Below, piece by piece: positions 36,869-49,044 of a stretch of 64,000 nucleotides of DNA; positions within the stretch are counted from its first letter, which is position 1; each line of letters begins with the position of its first letter. The stretch is from NCBI GenBank assembly GCA_002633005.1, contig NMRA01000588.1, forward strand, positions 1-64,000, read 5' to 3'. Made by a program: the position numbers and the translations under genes. The notes beneath the pieces were generated by a model. That model searched no databases. It saw only the letters and a list, made by a program, of their open reading frames with translations, and was not told where the DNA came from. The DNA is from Phoronis australis. Its lineage: Eukaryota > Animalia > Phoronida.

Positions 36869-38796
36869 GTCTGTTACAACCATGAACACTGAAACCATCA
36901 GCCAGCCAATAAAACTTTTCAGAGTTCATTGAGGTTGGCGAAACCTAAAATTGTAAATTTGAATATGGCGCACTTATGGTTGTCAGGGTTTGAGTTGGTT
37001 ACGCAAATATAATGCGATTTCATGAGAGTTAAAGGTATTATTCGATTTTCAGTTTTAGCCAGCTAAGCAACCTATTGAGATCCTTCTCTAATTCCCTTTA
37101 AAACATCGAATAGTCTCCGCCAGCCGGCGGCATAATTATACAAAAATTCATTCAGAAATGTGCATATCAGCTTTGAAAATCTCATAAAAACTGTTAATCT
37201 GACCAGTTTTTTATGGTAATATTTCTTAAGAACTGTGTTCTTGGACATCGTGCTAAAACTCTTAAACTGAGTGTGGTCAAGGCGAGCTTGCGAGTAAGAC
37301 GACAACTGAAGGTCACGTTGTTCGACATCCTTCGAAAATCGAAACCTTTCATTTTTCATGAAAAATCTCCGAAGAACTGTTGAAGTGTTGTGCGACACAG
37401 ATACGCCATGTATACTTGCTTCGTTCTCACCGTTTGAGTCACTTAATGTCTAACCTGACATTGTACGGATAAAACGGGCCCAAAACGCTGCTATAAATTG
37501 CTTTTAAAATATTCAATTTTTGCATGAGGGGTTAACAAAAACAGGACTTGTATGATTTTGATGAAAAGAATCAAGATTTGCATAAAACGGTAATTTTTTA
37601 GATTTTATCTTGAACATTTATATAGAGTAAATTCCGCTATGTTTTTAATAACGTTGTTTTGAAATGACTGTGCATATGACTCATTCAGTGGCAGATTGGC
37701 GAAAAATCACATCGAATTTTACTGGCTTTCTACTTTAAAAAAACGTTATTTTACTGAGTTCTAAAAACTGCAATTTTGAAGATAATTGACTAAATACACA
37801 GACTTGCCGACCCTGTGAAACTAACTTTATTGCCCCACCGTCTAGAAGTCATATTATTTGGACAGGTTAAGACATTCCCTAAGCTGTTAGGTGACAAGAT
37901 CAGTGATATGGAGGCGCACCTATGCAAAGTTAAACTCAAAATCACCCTGCGTTACTCACTGACAAATGTTATTACTTTTTTACGTAAATTAAGTTAGCAT
38001 TGTTTTTTTAGCGCTTACATGTATAGAATTAGAGCGTCAAAGTTGTGTATTTGCTGACGCATGCAATCTAATTCAGCTTGCTTACCAAACCAGGATCCAC
38101 CATATTAATCAATGAATAAACCGCGAGAACTAAATTTGCCAAGGGCGGTGTTGCAACCAATTACTGTCGCAACAACGTGCATCAAGATGTCACGAAAACT
38201 GAAGACTACTTTAAAACTACTGCGGAAGCTAAATACCTGAACGCCACTTAAAAGTAACTACTCATGTAGGCACTTCAAATATCTTCGCAACTTCGTTTTG
38301 CGTGAAAGTGTTTTGATTGATATTATGTAATCTTGTGAGCTACAAATAAGAGAAATGAATGAAGTTAATGGATGATTTCCGGATGACATTAGGCCTACTC
38401 ATAGATATTGATGTGATGATTTGCATATGAGGTCTTATCAGGAAATGACGTTTCCTTACACACTTTCTGCATTAGTGTTTGATGTTTTGAAAACACGTAA
38501 TCAATGGAATATATGAGAGTGAAGGCTTCGTTTTTCTTTTGATATTACACAGACTCTGGACCACCATAACTTAGCGCTACGTGACCACAAATGACGTCAC
38601 ACTAAGCCAGAAGTTTGTCAATAAACTCAATGAGGTCTCTACGCGTGGTGCCACATTTATCTCTTTGATTTTAGTGGCAACAACAATTACAATGACACTG
38701 CTGACAGGAAATCGGTAATAAAGAATAAACGCTCTAGTATTTATATTGACAAAATTGAAACAATTCAGTGCAGAAGTACAGGTTGTGTCAAGCATA

Positions 38797-39351
38797 CCGT
38801 AAAGCTTCTAATCGTAACCGGGGCGTTTGTTTTTTTAGACATGCCCCATATCCAGCCTTCATTAGAGGGAGGCGTCTTCTGTAGAGACCTGGCGTTTATT
38901 TTTTCGTTCCTACGGCAGGCCAGCATACAGTACGGTGGAAGACGAAAAAATTCGCCTATGCCAATCATACGTTCTAATAGTGGGCTTCAGTTAATTATAG
39001 ACATGCCGTTTATTAATTTCTATGTACCTCGACCCCCGGCTTATATTAGAGGGGGGTGCGTCTATTAATAGAGACCCGGGGCCCGTTCCAACAAAACTGA
39101 CTTAGCTAAGATAAATCCTAAATTTTAGTAAATTTTAAAATAAAAATTAAATTTGTTTCAAAACCAATTCAAGAAAGAGATCTTAAGTTTGAATTAATTG
39201 TGTGAAGTAAGTTTTGTCTTAAATTTCACTAACTAACAGCACGTGGAAGTTTCAAAGTTCGGAATTTAAAACAAATCTTAAACTTAAGTCAAAAATGAAC
39301 TTAAGTCAGTTTCTTGGAACAGGCCCCCGGCTTCTATTATAACGTTTACGA
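38797..39351. mobile_element. Tc1/pogo-like MITE hosting a nested Harbinger-like MITE
   Basis: TA|CCGTAAAGCTTCTAAT ... ATTATAACGTTTACGA|TA gives an imperfect TIR with TA flanks. Internal GGCTT.TATTAGAGG-like repeats are present. Confidence 0.5.
39079..39326. mobile_element. PIF/Harbinger-like MITE (248 bp), copy 1
   Basis: TIR GGGCCCGTTCCAACAAAACTGACTTA / TAAGTCAGTTTCTTGGAACAGGCCC with 3-bp TSD CCG. A same-length copy lies at 61703-61950. Confidence 0.8.
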
Positions 39352-40709
39352 TAGGTACGGGCAAACGTCTAGTGATCGAAGAGCTGTCGTGGGACCCACT
39401 CCAGACCGGCAAAGCGGGCAGCAGCAGACTCATTCTACACGTATTTTACTGGCAAAATAGTTAACGGGATAGTAGCTGTCTCTCAAAATCTTACTCTCAC
39501 GCGTAAAACACGCTCTTCCAGATATGTTTTGATATTACAGGGTTTATCACGTGCACATCTTTGATGCCACCAGTGGGGTCGATTGTCGAGCTAGCTCTGC
39601 CACAACTGTCGCCAGTCCTTCCCCTACCCGAAACTGGTTAGAGTTGAAAAACGCCACATTTCGTTTATCTCAGGTGGATTGTCATTTTTGAAAAAGTGAA
39701 TAACCACACTTTATATGCGCTAACTGCGAAGCGATACCGAAGCTAGTTTACAGTGAAACAACACATGTAGTTGAGATAAAAGGTCATATATATTATGACA
39801 AACTAAACTACTACAGATATCAGTAATTACAAAAGTTATATAACATGTTGCACTGTAAAGGTGGGTGACAATCTGCCATAGTAAGTTAAGAAACAATATG
39901 CGGAAGAATAACAGCAACACCGGGACAGCGACATGTGAAATTTGAGGATAAAGGGAAAGAATGAAAATTGGTTTGAGGGAGGGAGGGAAAGAGAAATTGA
40001 GTGAAAAATGAAAGTTGGAGAGAATTGTGGACGATGGCCCAGTGTTGCAACAAGACAAAGAGATCACGTGGTACAATTAAACCAATAATCGTAAAACAAA
40101 GAGGGTCACTGACCAGAGAATCCAAACAATATGATAATGAGGAGGAGGCAGTATAGCTTACATAAAATAATTTAATACTTAAATAATTTTTANNNNNNNN
40201 NNNNNNNNNNNNNNNNNNNNNNNNNNNNNNNNNNNNNNNNNNNNNNNNNNNNNNNNNNNNNNNNNNNNNNNNNNNNNNNNNNNNNNNNNNNNNNNNNNNN
40301 NNNNNNNNNNNNNNNNNNNNNNNNNNNNNNNNNNNNNNNNNNNNNNNNNNNNNNNNNNNNNNNNNNNNNNNNNNNNNNNNNNNNNNNNNNNNNNNNNNNN
40401 NNNNNNNNNNNNNNNNNNNNNNNNNNNNNNNNNNNNNNNNNNNNNNNNNNNNNNNNNNNNNNNNNNNNNNNNNNNNNNNNNNNNNNNNNNNNNNNNNNNN
40501 NNNNNNNNNNNNNNNNNNNNNNNNNNNNNNNNNNNNNNNNNNNNNNNNNNNNNNNNNNNNNNNNNNNNNNNNNNNNNNNNNNNNNNNNNNNNNNNNNNNN
40601 NNNNNNNNNNNNNNNNNNNNNNNNNNNNNNNNNNNNNNNNNNNNNNNNNNNNNNNNNNNNNNNNNNNNNNNNNNNNNNNNNNNNNNNNNNNNNNNNNNNN
40701 NNNNNNNNN

Positions 40710-40741
<32 letters not shown>

Positions 40742-43100
40742 TGGCAATACAGATGCCCCACGATGAAGAGGTGGTTGAAAAAACTGACATGAATCAATTA
40801 TGCTTTGTAGCCTTATAGTATTAAGGCCCGTCCATACCGGCAAACGCAACTGTGATCTTTTAATGAGTTTGGCAACCAGTCAACACTACTGCAAACTCTG
40901 TCAAACTTTCACTAACGCGGGTTGGCGTTTTGAACACAGGCGATCATGTGATTTTCCGCAAATAGTTGATTTGTTAGTATTCACCAAATTCTAGTCAACA
41001 GTTTTCAAATTAATGTCATGACTAAACTTCAGCAAACTAGTTTGTCGTGTTTGAAAATCAATCGGCAGTGGCTTACATTGCGTTTCACTGTTATACAAGA
41101 ACATCATCAGGCTAAAGAGAAAAAGTATCAGAGAATTGTATAGCAAAACGTTAGGGCAAAACGACGAACAACAATCGAGACTTTCCTCTTATTTTTTCCC
41201 AGATGATGAACATATGTAAGAATGAAACGCTGCGTCTGTATTTTTTAAAAAGTTTTCAGTAGCTGCGTTGGTTGTCGCACTTTTATAATACTTGGGCCAA
41301 AAATTCATCACTATAGCTTCAGTACTTGAAGGTCAATAGCGGATGAAAATTCACCTCCAAATATAAAGATAAATCAAAAAGTACGCAGCGCCATAACCTA
41401 TGAATTAATAGACAAGTGTGTTATTTTTTACGCTTCGCGACACCGCATTGAAGTGCAACCGCAAGCGATTCGGTTTTTGTGACCAAACGGCATCATCGCC
41501 ATCTCATAAAAACTGTGTACGTCAACCTAACTGGTGGGTGGACATCACGCATAGCTACCTATATACGGTGCACTTGGTCTCAAGGGAACGATTAAGAATC
41601 AAAATGTAATGATTAATTGAGTATGAAAGGGACTGAGATATGAAAGCTTGAGCAAAAACAGATATTGAGGAATTAATTTCTATGGTGAGTGTTGAAAATG
41701 GGGCAAGTTGTCACTAATGTCGTCGGGTGATGTATATGACCTGTGACATACGTCATTGGCCGAGTTCCCTAGGGTCCTATTACAATTGAAAATAAATAAA
41801 ATTAAGCTTCAGCTTAACACGTTTACCGTCGCTTGTGGTATTGAGCTACAGTACATGTACTGCCAGGATTGACGTTGGATGCAACTCATTGGGGTGGGGG
41901 GGGGTGGGCCTAGATTCAAAATAATCAGACTCGTATGGCCCGTATGAAGGCAAACTATTTCGACGATCACAAAATTTCAGATTCCCAAAATCGCAAATCT
42001 CACTTACGCCCTCTGGTTAATGACAGAACTGGCCCCGAGGATCTGCAGCCACCAGAACCCTGTGTAGCCGTGTTACAACAAAATTTCCCAAGAAAAGTCA
42101 TTATAAGACCCGAGCAAGTTACACGCGTATGTTTGGGGTATGGACTTGAGGTTAAGAGGAGTTTTTAATAAAATTTACTATTTAATTTACCAAAAAAGGT
42201 GTACTGCCGAAACACTCTTTAGGGGTATAAGAAATTCCCATCAAGGTTTGTAAAATCCGGAGAAATACTGCCAGGCGAAACATCGTTTCGAAAACCTCGA
42301 TTATACTACTCCGGAGAATGAAAAGGAAGCCCGGCTAAGGTCAAGATTAGTTTTATTGAAGCCGATTTTAGGAAATTTACTCACTTTATTAGCTGGTGTG
42401 ACACTTTGAAGGTACACCTCTATTTAAAAAGGTGCCTTTCAGAAGTCCTTGTTACACTGCTTAGGGTATATTTTTCAAAATACCTTGTTGAAACACTGGT
42501 ACCCAAGTTTTTGATGTCTGCTTCACCTCGGGGGGGGGGGGGTGTTATTAGAACTGGCCAAATATTCGTCACGTCAACAATTCACCGCATCGACTTTTTC
42601 ATAAGATTGGCAAAACACCGTCTATAAATCAGCTGTAAATCAGAAATCAAAGAATCCTTGCAGGTTACCGGGCAGAAAAAATATTCTTGATGGACCTTGG
42701 GCAGTGAGCACACTATAAGAAATTAAGGTATGTACACAGTGCCCCTTTTGAGCTAACTGTTTAGTAAGTTATTAGTTGCGAGTGTTCAAATCCTTGATTC
42801 TCAGCATGGAATTCGTAAGCCATTCTCGAAGGCATGATGCGTGCAAATACTTGACGGGCAATCATCAGAGCATGGGAAACAGGGCATGCCACGGGTGGTT
42901 TGAAGGCAGTCCCGCACACATTTTTCTGAAGTTACTAATGTTGAAGTGAATTCTAACTCATTACAGAAATTTGGAAAATCGTATCAGAGTTTCTGATATT
43001 CTATCTTGAAGATTTATATTAAACAAATTTTGTCATATTATTGATCTGTTGTTTTTGCTATCGATTTTGCTAAATTTTGCTACAAGACAGGTTCATAAAA

Positions 43101-43357
43101 CATGTGCGCACCCGGGGGGGGGGGGGCTCAGGGGGCTCCAACGAGCCCCCCATTTGGCGAAGTGAACAAAAAGGTCCGCCTCAGAGAAACAAAAAGTCCG
43201 ACAAAACGAGACAAAAAGTCCACTAAAAAGGCGCAAACGCACAATTCACAGCCTCGGACGTGGTACCCCGTTTTTTAGTTCTTTAGTGTTTTGTCGGTAA
43301 AAGGTCCACACCGTCGGAAATTCGAGCCCCCTATATTAAAGGCTGGGTGCGCGCATG
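43101..43357. mobile_element. MITE with CATG(T/C)GCGCACCC TIRs
   Basis: CATGTGCGCACCC ... GGGTGCGCGCATG with internal AAAAGGTCC/AAAAGTCC repeats. No clear TSD. Confidence 0.6.
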
Positions 43358-46023
43358 CGTGACACCAAAAATGAATTTATACGTCTTGTACTTTCACTGA
43401 GTTAAAAATCTGCAGTTAGTAGATACGTGACTAAATACACACAGTTGTCGACAGCCAGACATATATGTACACGTAACCTTATCTGTTGCTTAGAAATGCA
43501 GTGCGTACCACAATAAAAAATCGCCAACAGTGATCATTACGAACAACTTCCTGATTCATACTGATAATACGATTCTAGTAAAGATCTTCAAATGAAATGC
43601 TGTTCTTGGAATTCTTTTGGGAAAAGTTTCGATATCTTTATCGTTGTAAAACCATCGGGAATATTGTCTCAGACGTTTGGTTGTTTGAGTCACGCGTGTT
43701 CGTGTTGCTGCTCTTCCCCTTTACCATGTCTCTACATGTACTTCACGTCGTGACGGCTGATAGTACCGCGGTACACAAGTGTAACAGCCTCGGGCCCGGG
43801 CCTTCTCAACAAAAAGGAGCACGTCTGAAATGGAGTTCTGACATATGAAAGGCGACATGATTAAAAGACTGACATTTCAATCCATAGTCTGGTGACCCTC
43901 CAGCAGGTGGCCTTTCTTAGCGTACAAGGTTTACGATTTCACAAAAACAGGAAAGGTGAGAGTCAATTGATTCCTTCGTTGGGGCTCAAGTTCCTTTTGC
44001 GAATAGGAAAGGGGCCCCTAAATATATTAGCAGATATAAAACTTCAACAATAGAAAATGAGTAGCAATTGACGCTATTACCAGAGTCCTTCTCCGCCAGC
44101 CGAGGTTACCAATTTATATCAAGTTAATTTACAATTTCAGCAAAAGAAGAAAAAGAGAGCGACAAATGACTCCAATATTCCTCGCCAGAGGGTTCCCTAG
44201 ATAAAAGCAGTTTTATGCCCTTAAAATTGTCGTCTTGAATGTAACTCTGAACCAGTTTGCTCTGCAAACCTGTATAAAAGTTTTTCGAACTTTTTCGAAG
44301 CATGTATGATTTAAGAGACGATCTAAACTGCACAGTCCCCCCTTCCTCGCCCCCCAACATAAATGTCCTGGCCAGGGACAAGCGCTAACTTCCTTTCAAG
44401 TTCTCGGGGGGGGGGGGGGGNGGGGCGGTCACGTGGCCACTTTGCGGCCCTCTACCTCAGTAGTACAATGTTACTTATTGCACGCTTAGCTCATGTTACA
44501 CCAAAACATCGTCACTTCACCACAAGTTTCAGCTTAGGCTTTGTAGCTATTGACGGTGTTCTTGTCAGTGAAGGGATTCTGTCACTGAAGGCAGAGATTT
44601 ATCAGACCAAGCATACTATGGGTAAAAGACTTTAATTCGATGTTCGCCATATCACAAGCCAGTTGACAACAAGGCGAAATGCACAGCTTTACGTGTACTT
44701 CGGGAATTGAAGTGTCACTACGGCACTAAAATGAGCCGGATGCTCAAGCCATATAGGCGAATCGATAAACTCTGAATCTTCTTCAGTCGCTTATGTTCAT
44801 GGTGATAACAGAAAAAAATCCTCCCGTGATAACGAATATTATGAGGTCTACTTTAAGAAAGTAAAAGTCCTAACTTGATTTTTGTTATTGGCTAGCTAAA
44901 CAGGGCGAAATACGGCTTTAAGGACAAAAAACCGTAAGCCAACGACTTGTTACTCAGATACTGTCTCTATTACGGAGTGATGTCCATAGTACCTTTCCAC
45001 TGATAGTGTGAAAGAGTTAAGTGAAGCATCCTGATCGACACGAGCACAGACAAGCACCAAGCGCCACGCGGGCAAAATCGTTTTTGCCAGGCTCAGGGAT
45101 GTCCGGCGATTTTCAGAATATGCCGGAAACGTCAATATAATGGTTTTAATAGTTTTAAATTGATTGTAGGGTGAACATGTTTCCGAGAATCGCCGCCGGT
45201 CGTATTGGGAAACCAGCGCGACCAGTTTGTTTGATAGATGACTTGTGCACTTCCGACATACCCGGCTACAACAAAAGGAGTGTTGTGCAATCCAAAACAT
45301 AAGCGACACCTACACCTTTGAAAAGAGAGGCGTGTATTTATTTCCATAGCGTTGAGGTAAAGGCCAATTTTCAGCTCAGTCAATTTACAATACAAAAGTC
45401 AAGTCGGCGTAATACCTGCTGTCATTCGGTTCAGTTTCCGAGTACTGTATTCACACCTGACAAGCACTCCTTATTAGGAAAATAATAGGCTGGCCTTTCA
45501 AAGAACTTACCATTTCGATATAGGTCGCTGACGTCATGGCTTTGAATCGCATCGCCTTTGTGACAGTTGTATCAGGGTGTTGAAACAAGTCTATGGACAC
45601 GTCTCTCAATTCCAACTTCATTCGTTTTACCCCAGTACCGAGCAAGCACAAACTAAACCCACAATACAAATTCCATACCGGCACCCCTTAGGTACTCACA
45701 CGTGCCTAAAATGTCCCATACCCGGCAAGGAAATAACAGGTCGGAGAGCAGATCCAACTTGGGACTAAATTTCGCATCCGTGCCCATGATCCGTACATTG
45801 GTCACCTGGTATGGAATATTGTTGGCGTGTTTGCTGAGTAAAGGGGCACGAGTGCGAAACTGCAACGCGAGTTTGGTGTTTGCTGGCCCGAGACCGGGGT
45901 TTACTGGATCTAAGCTGAGGCGCGGTCATGGATTTGTTTCCACTCCCTATAAATACCTTTACTAGGATACGGGCGTAAACTGTAGCAAACAAAAACATAA
46001 GCGGAGTACAAGTGAATGAATCT

Positions 46024-46029
46024 TTTATT
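46024..46029 (-). terminator. Candidate polyadenylation signal of the PH-domain gene
   Basis: AATAAA on the minus strand about 2.1 kb downstream of the stop codon and downstream of ARE clusters. Confidence 0.4.
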
Positions 46030-48128
46030 AAACATCACAATAAACAATACTTAAGTATCCAACAACAGCCAGATGATGAAATGTTACGACTGCATTCAAT
46101 TTAATAATCGCACAGACGTTACAACCACGCGAGGGACCATTCAGTCACTTGCGTAGGTGAATTGTCTTGTTTTGAATGAAAATGAGCAAAAATAAATAAA
46201 CAGAGGGCACTCGCGTTAACCATCGCTTACGACCGAGCGCAAATACCTACGTCATGAAACAGTTTGATCACTCATTAAATAAATAAATAACAAGTAACAA
46301 TGACACAGCAGATGTAAAAAAACTACTGAAATGTAACAGTGAGATACATGGAATCACTGTTTTGGTTTGCGCCATTTGCAGGACGCAGTTGATAGTTTCC
46401 CATAGTTTAGCTGAGTTGCTCGTGAATTGAAAACCATCCGATAGCAATCGCTTTACAGGTATGAATTATCCCAAGATCTGCTTATCTGGCTCTAAACTGA
46501 CAAAAAGTTTTATGAGTGAGATGGTGTTGTGACAGTATGCCGGAATAAACATGGTGACACAAGATCATACATTTGACAAAGAGTAGCACCTAGACTGAGT
46601 CTCTTACGTGGACCCAGTAATAAAGCCATGGATTTGAACTCAGTCAAACTCACATTAAGACACACCTATAGGTGATCATTTAAACTTAAAAATAGCTCTG
46701 ATTGTTATCAAATGTGAACTTGTAACACCTGTGGAGGTTTAACCAATGTACAGAAATGTTTGAAATAAATTGATGAGTGTTACACGAGATTGTTTCCTGT
46801 TCCTACATCGTGACTCACGCGTAGACAGCTCAGGCTTGACCTATTTCCGCTGTGAAACCCCCCACATTACTACATGTAAGCTGAATAGAAAAAACACCAT
46901 TCACACGGTATCACTTTCGAAATCACAATAAACTCGACTGTGAACACCAGAAAACAAGTGCTCAATGGTCACAAATTAGCTGTACAGAGCAAAAGTGCAT
47001 ACCACTTAAATTTCTACAGAGAAACATTCAACACGGCAGGCAGAAACTGAGCACCACTAGATGGACGCTTAAACTAACAATTTTGTATTATGAGTCTCGC
47101 CTTGTCATGCATGGGTTAAAACATTGTCTTTTGTTGCAGATGTGTCCCGCCCAGTAAATAATATTTACACGTCCCACCCAAGTGGCATAGTGATACCTTT
47201 TGAGCTGTCAGTGTTTGGACACACCTGAACAGGTTACGACAAACTCATACTGCTGTCTATTTTAGGAAATAATGATAAAGAGCCTACAGTACATGAACGG
47301 AGCATGAATCAGTGATAAGCGATGCTCAGGAAATCGACTCCGCAAACGTGTGTAACCTCGACCACAAACCTGTTTTATGGTCAGAGATGTAACAGGGTAA
47401 AAAGAAGTGCTGGAAATTCTAAGCATGAGAAAGAATCCCAAATTTTTTTGAAAAAAAGGCATTTCTTTAATCCTTGAGGAAAGTGTGCAGAGATCGAAAA
47501 CTTCTCACAGAAATGCAAAAACTCATTAGAAAGTAGCGAGGTTCGATAGACAGCAGCAGTACACAGGGTCACGTCAATTTAACTCAAGAGATGATTCAAA
47601 ACAGATGAGTCAGACACACCCGCAGTTGGAAAACACATCGCAAATGATTGATTGGGGCATCATTCGATTAACAAGCTTTCGCCAATTGAAACTTTGCCAT
47701 TTCTTAATGTCACTGGGTCGCCCTGTTTCGACAGTCTGTGCATCTCAGCACGTGGTTGGAAATACCCAGGCACGTGATACCTGCACGTAGACGCCAGTTT
47801 TCCCGTCACTTGAGCTGCAAGAAGCCATGTCCCCTCATCGTCTGTTTATACAAACACTTCCGAAGCCAGCTAACGCACAGTCAAAACAACGCCTATCGAA
47901 AAGTTTGAAGCCCCAGTCGACCATGACCATGTGTCTTTTTCTCGTCATTATCAAAAGAGTTTGCACTGATGACGAAAACTGCACTCATACCGTCTGATAC
48001 GGGGGCGGTGGGGTGTTTTAATGCACTATTTGCATGACGATTCTGATGTGAGATTACTGGATTACTATAATCCAACTAGGATTATCTAGAGATGACAATA
48101 ATAAATAAAGCAACATGAACACGTGAGT

Positions 48129-48590
48129 TTAATCCTCTGCCTCCTCCTCACTTTCTTCTAGTGTTGGCATGAGCGGACTGCGCGGTATGGAGGGGCTTCG
48201 CGTCCCACACACGCTCACGTCGTATTCGCTCACGTAGTCCATCGAGCAACTGAACGCTCGTAACCAGTCACCGAGTTCACTCGCGTTATTCACGCAAAAT
48301 GTCGTACTCTCAGCATCACAATTTTGTGAGACAACTCGAAAACTGTTGTCGGATTTTTTCTCCACTGTGCAATGTTTCAAGTTCGTGTAACCACATGGAC
48401 GAGAAAATTTTCTGTCCTGGTAAAACACAGCGTAGTGTCCAAACGTACTTGAATAAATTTTAACAAGCACGGGCATTTTCCTCTTATTTGCCATGATACA
48501 TAAAGAGCCTTGTTTGATTTCTGGTCCATGGCTCTCTTTATCAAGTAAAATATGCGCGGGCATCTTGTCTGTGATCATTTGTCCCACCAT
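48129..48590 (-). CDS. Intronless small PH-domain-like protein (153 aa from first ATG)
   Basis: EIKQGSL at the start, a beta-rich core (GYTNLKHCTVEKKSDNSFRVV) and a C-terminal helix FCVNNASELGDWLRAF with the conserved Trp fit a PH fold. Tail SPSIPRSPLMPTLEESEEEAED. The ORF-track start at 48686 is TTG; the first ATG is at 48590, with alternative ATGs just downstream. Confidence 0.75.
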   Translation of the reverse strand: MVGQMITDKMPAHILLDKESHGPEIKQGSLCIMANKRKMPVLVKIYSSTFGHYAVFYQDRKFSRPCGYTNLKHCTVEKKSDNSFRVVSQNCDAESTTFCVNNASELGDWLRAFSCSMDYVSEYDVSVCGTRSPSIPRSPLMPTLEESEEEAED

Positions 48591-48758
48591 AACGAGATTT
48601 TCAACTTCCAGCTTGCAACTTCTCTTTACTTCAGCGATGAATTTTGTATTTTCGTTATCAACTCGACAACAAACTTCAATTTGCAAACACGTGTATACGA
48701 TATGACCACCACTTGATTACGGTCTCACAAGGTCTAGCCTATATTTACATGCGCTGAT

Positions 48759-49044
48759 ATTTATACAGGCTGTGATTGCTCAGACGGTTCATCAGCCAAT
48801 CAGATCGCATGCTGCTGGTAACCTCTTGAGTAGAGTTCATGACTCAGCGTGTGTATTGTGGAGTGATTGAGCCGATGTTGTTTTGCACTCGCCATAATAA
48901 TCATTGATAAGGGACTTACGAAAGCTGAAAGTATGCCCCAGGGGACTCGCAGACAAACACCTTTTTCACAGCTGTTGATAAATTATTATATTAAAGACTG
49001 TTTAAAGCACCGAGTGGTCTGAATGCATGCAAGGTTTCCAGGAA
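48759..49044 (-). promoter_or_regulatory. Promoter of the PH-domain gene
   Basis: TATAAAT on the minus strand at 48765-48759; AGCCAATCAG (CCAAT 48796-48800); AP-1 TGACTCA 48840-48846; STAT/GAS-type TTCCAGGAA 49036-49044. Confidence 0.55.

Noticed and set aside
6314-40849. Long ORFs containing X runs
   Set aside because: These are artefacts of the N-gaps at 6394-6696, 8533-8907, 16220-16668, 21932-22376 and 40193-40709.
48591-48686. N-terminal extension of the PH ORF from a TTG start
   Set aside because: It is a non-AUG start close to the predicted TSS and is more likely 5'UTR.
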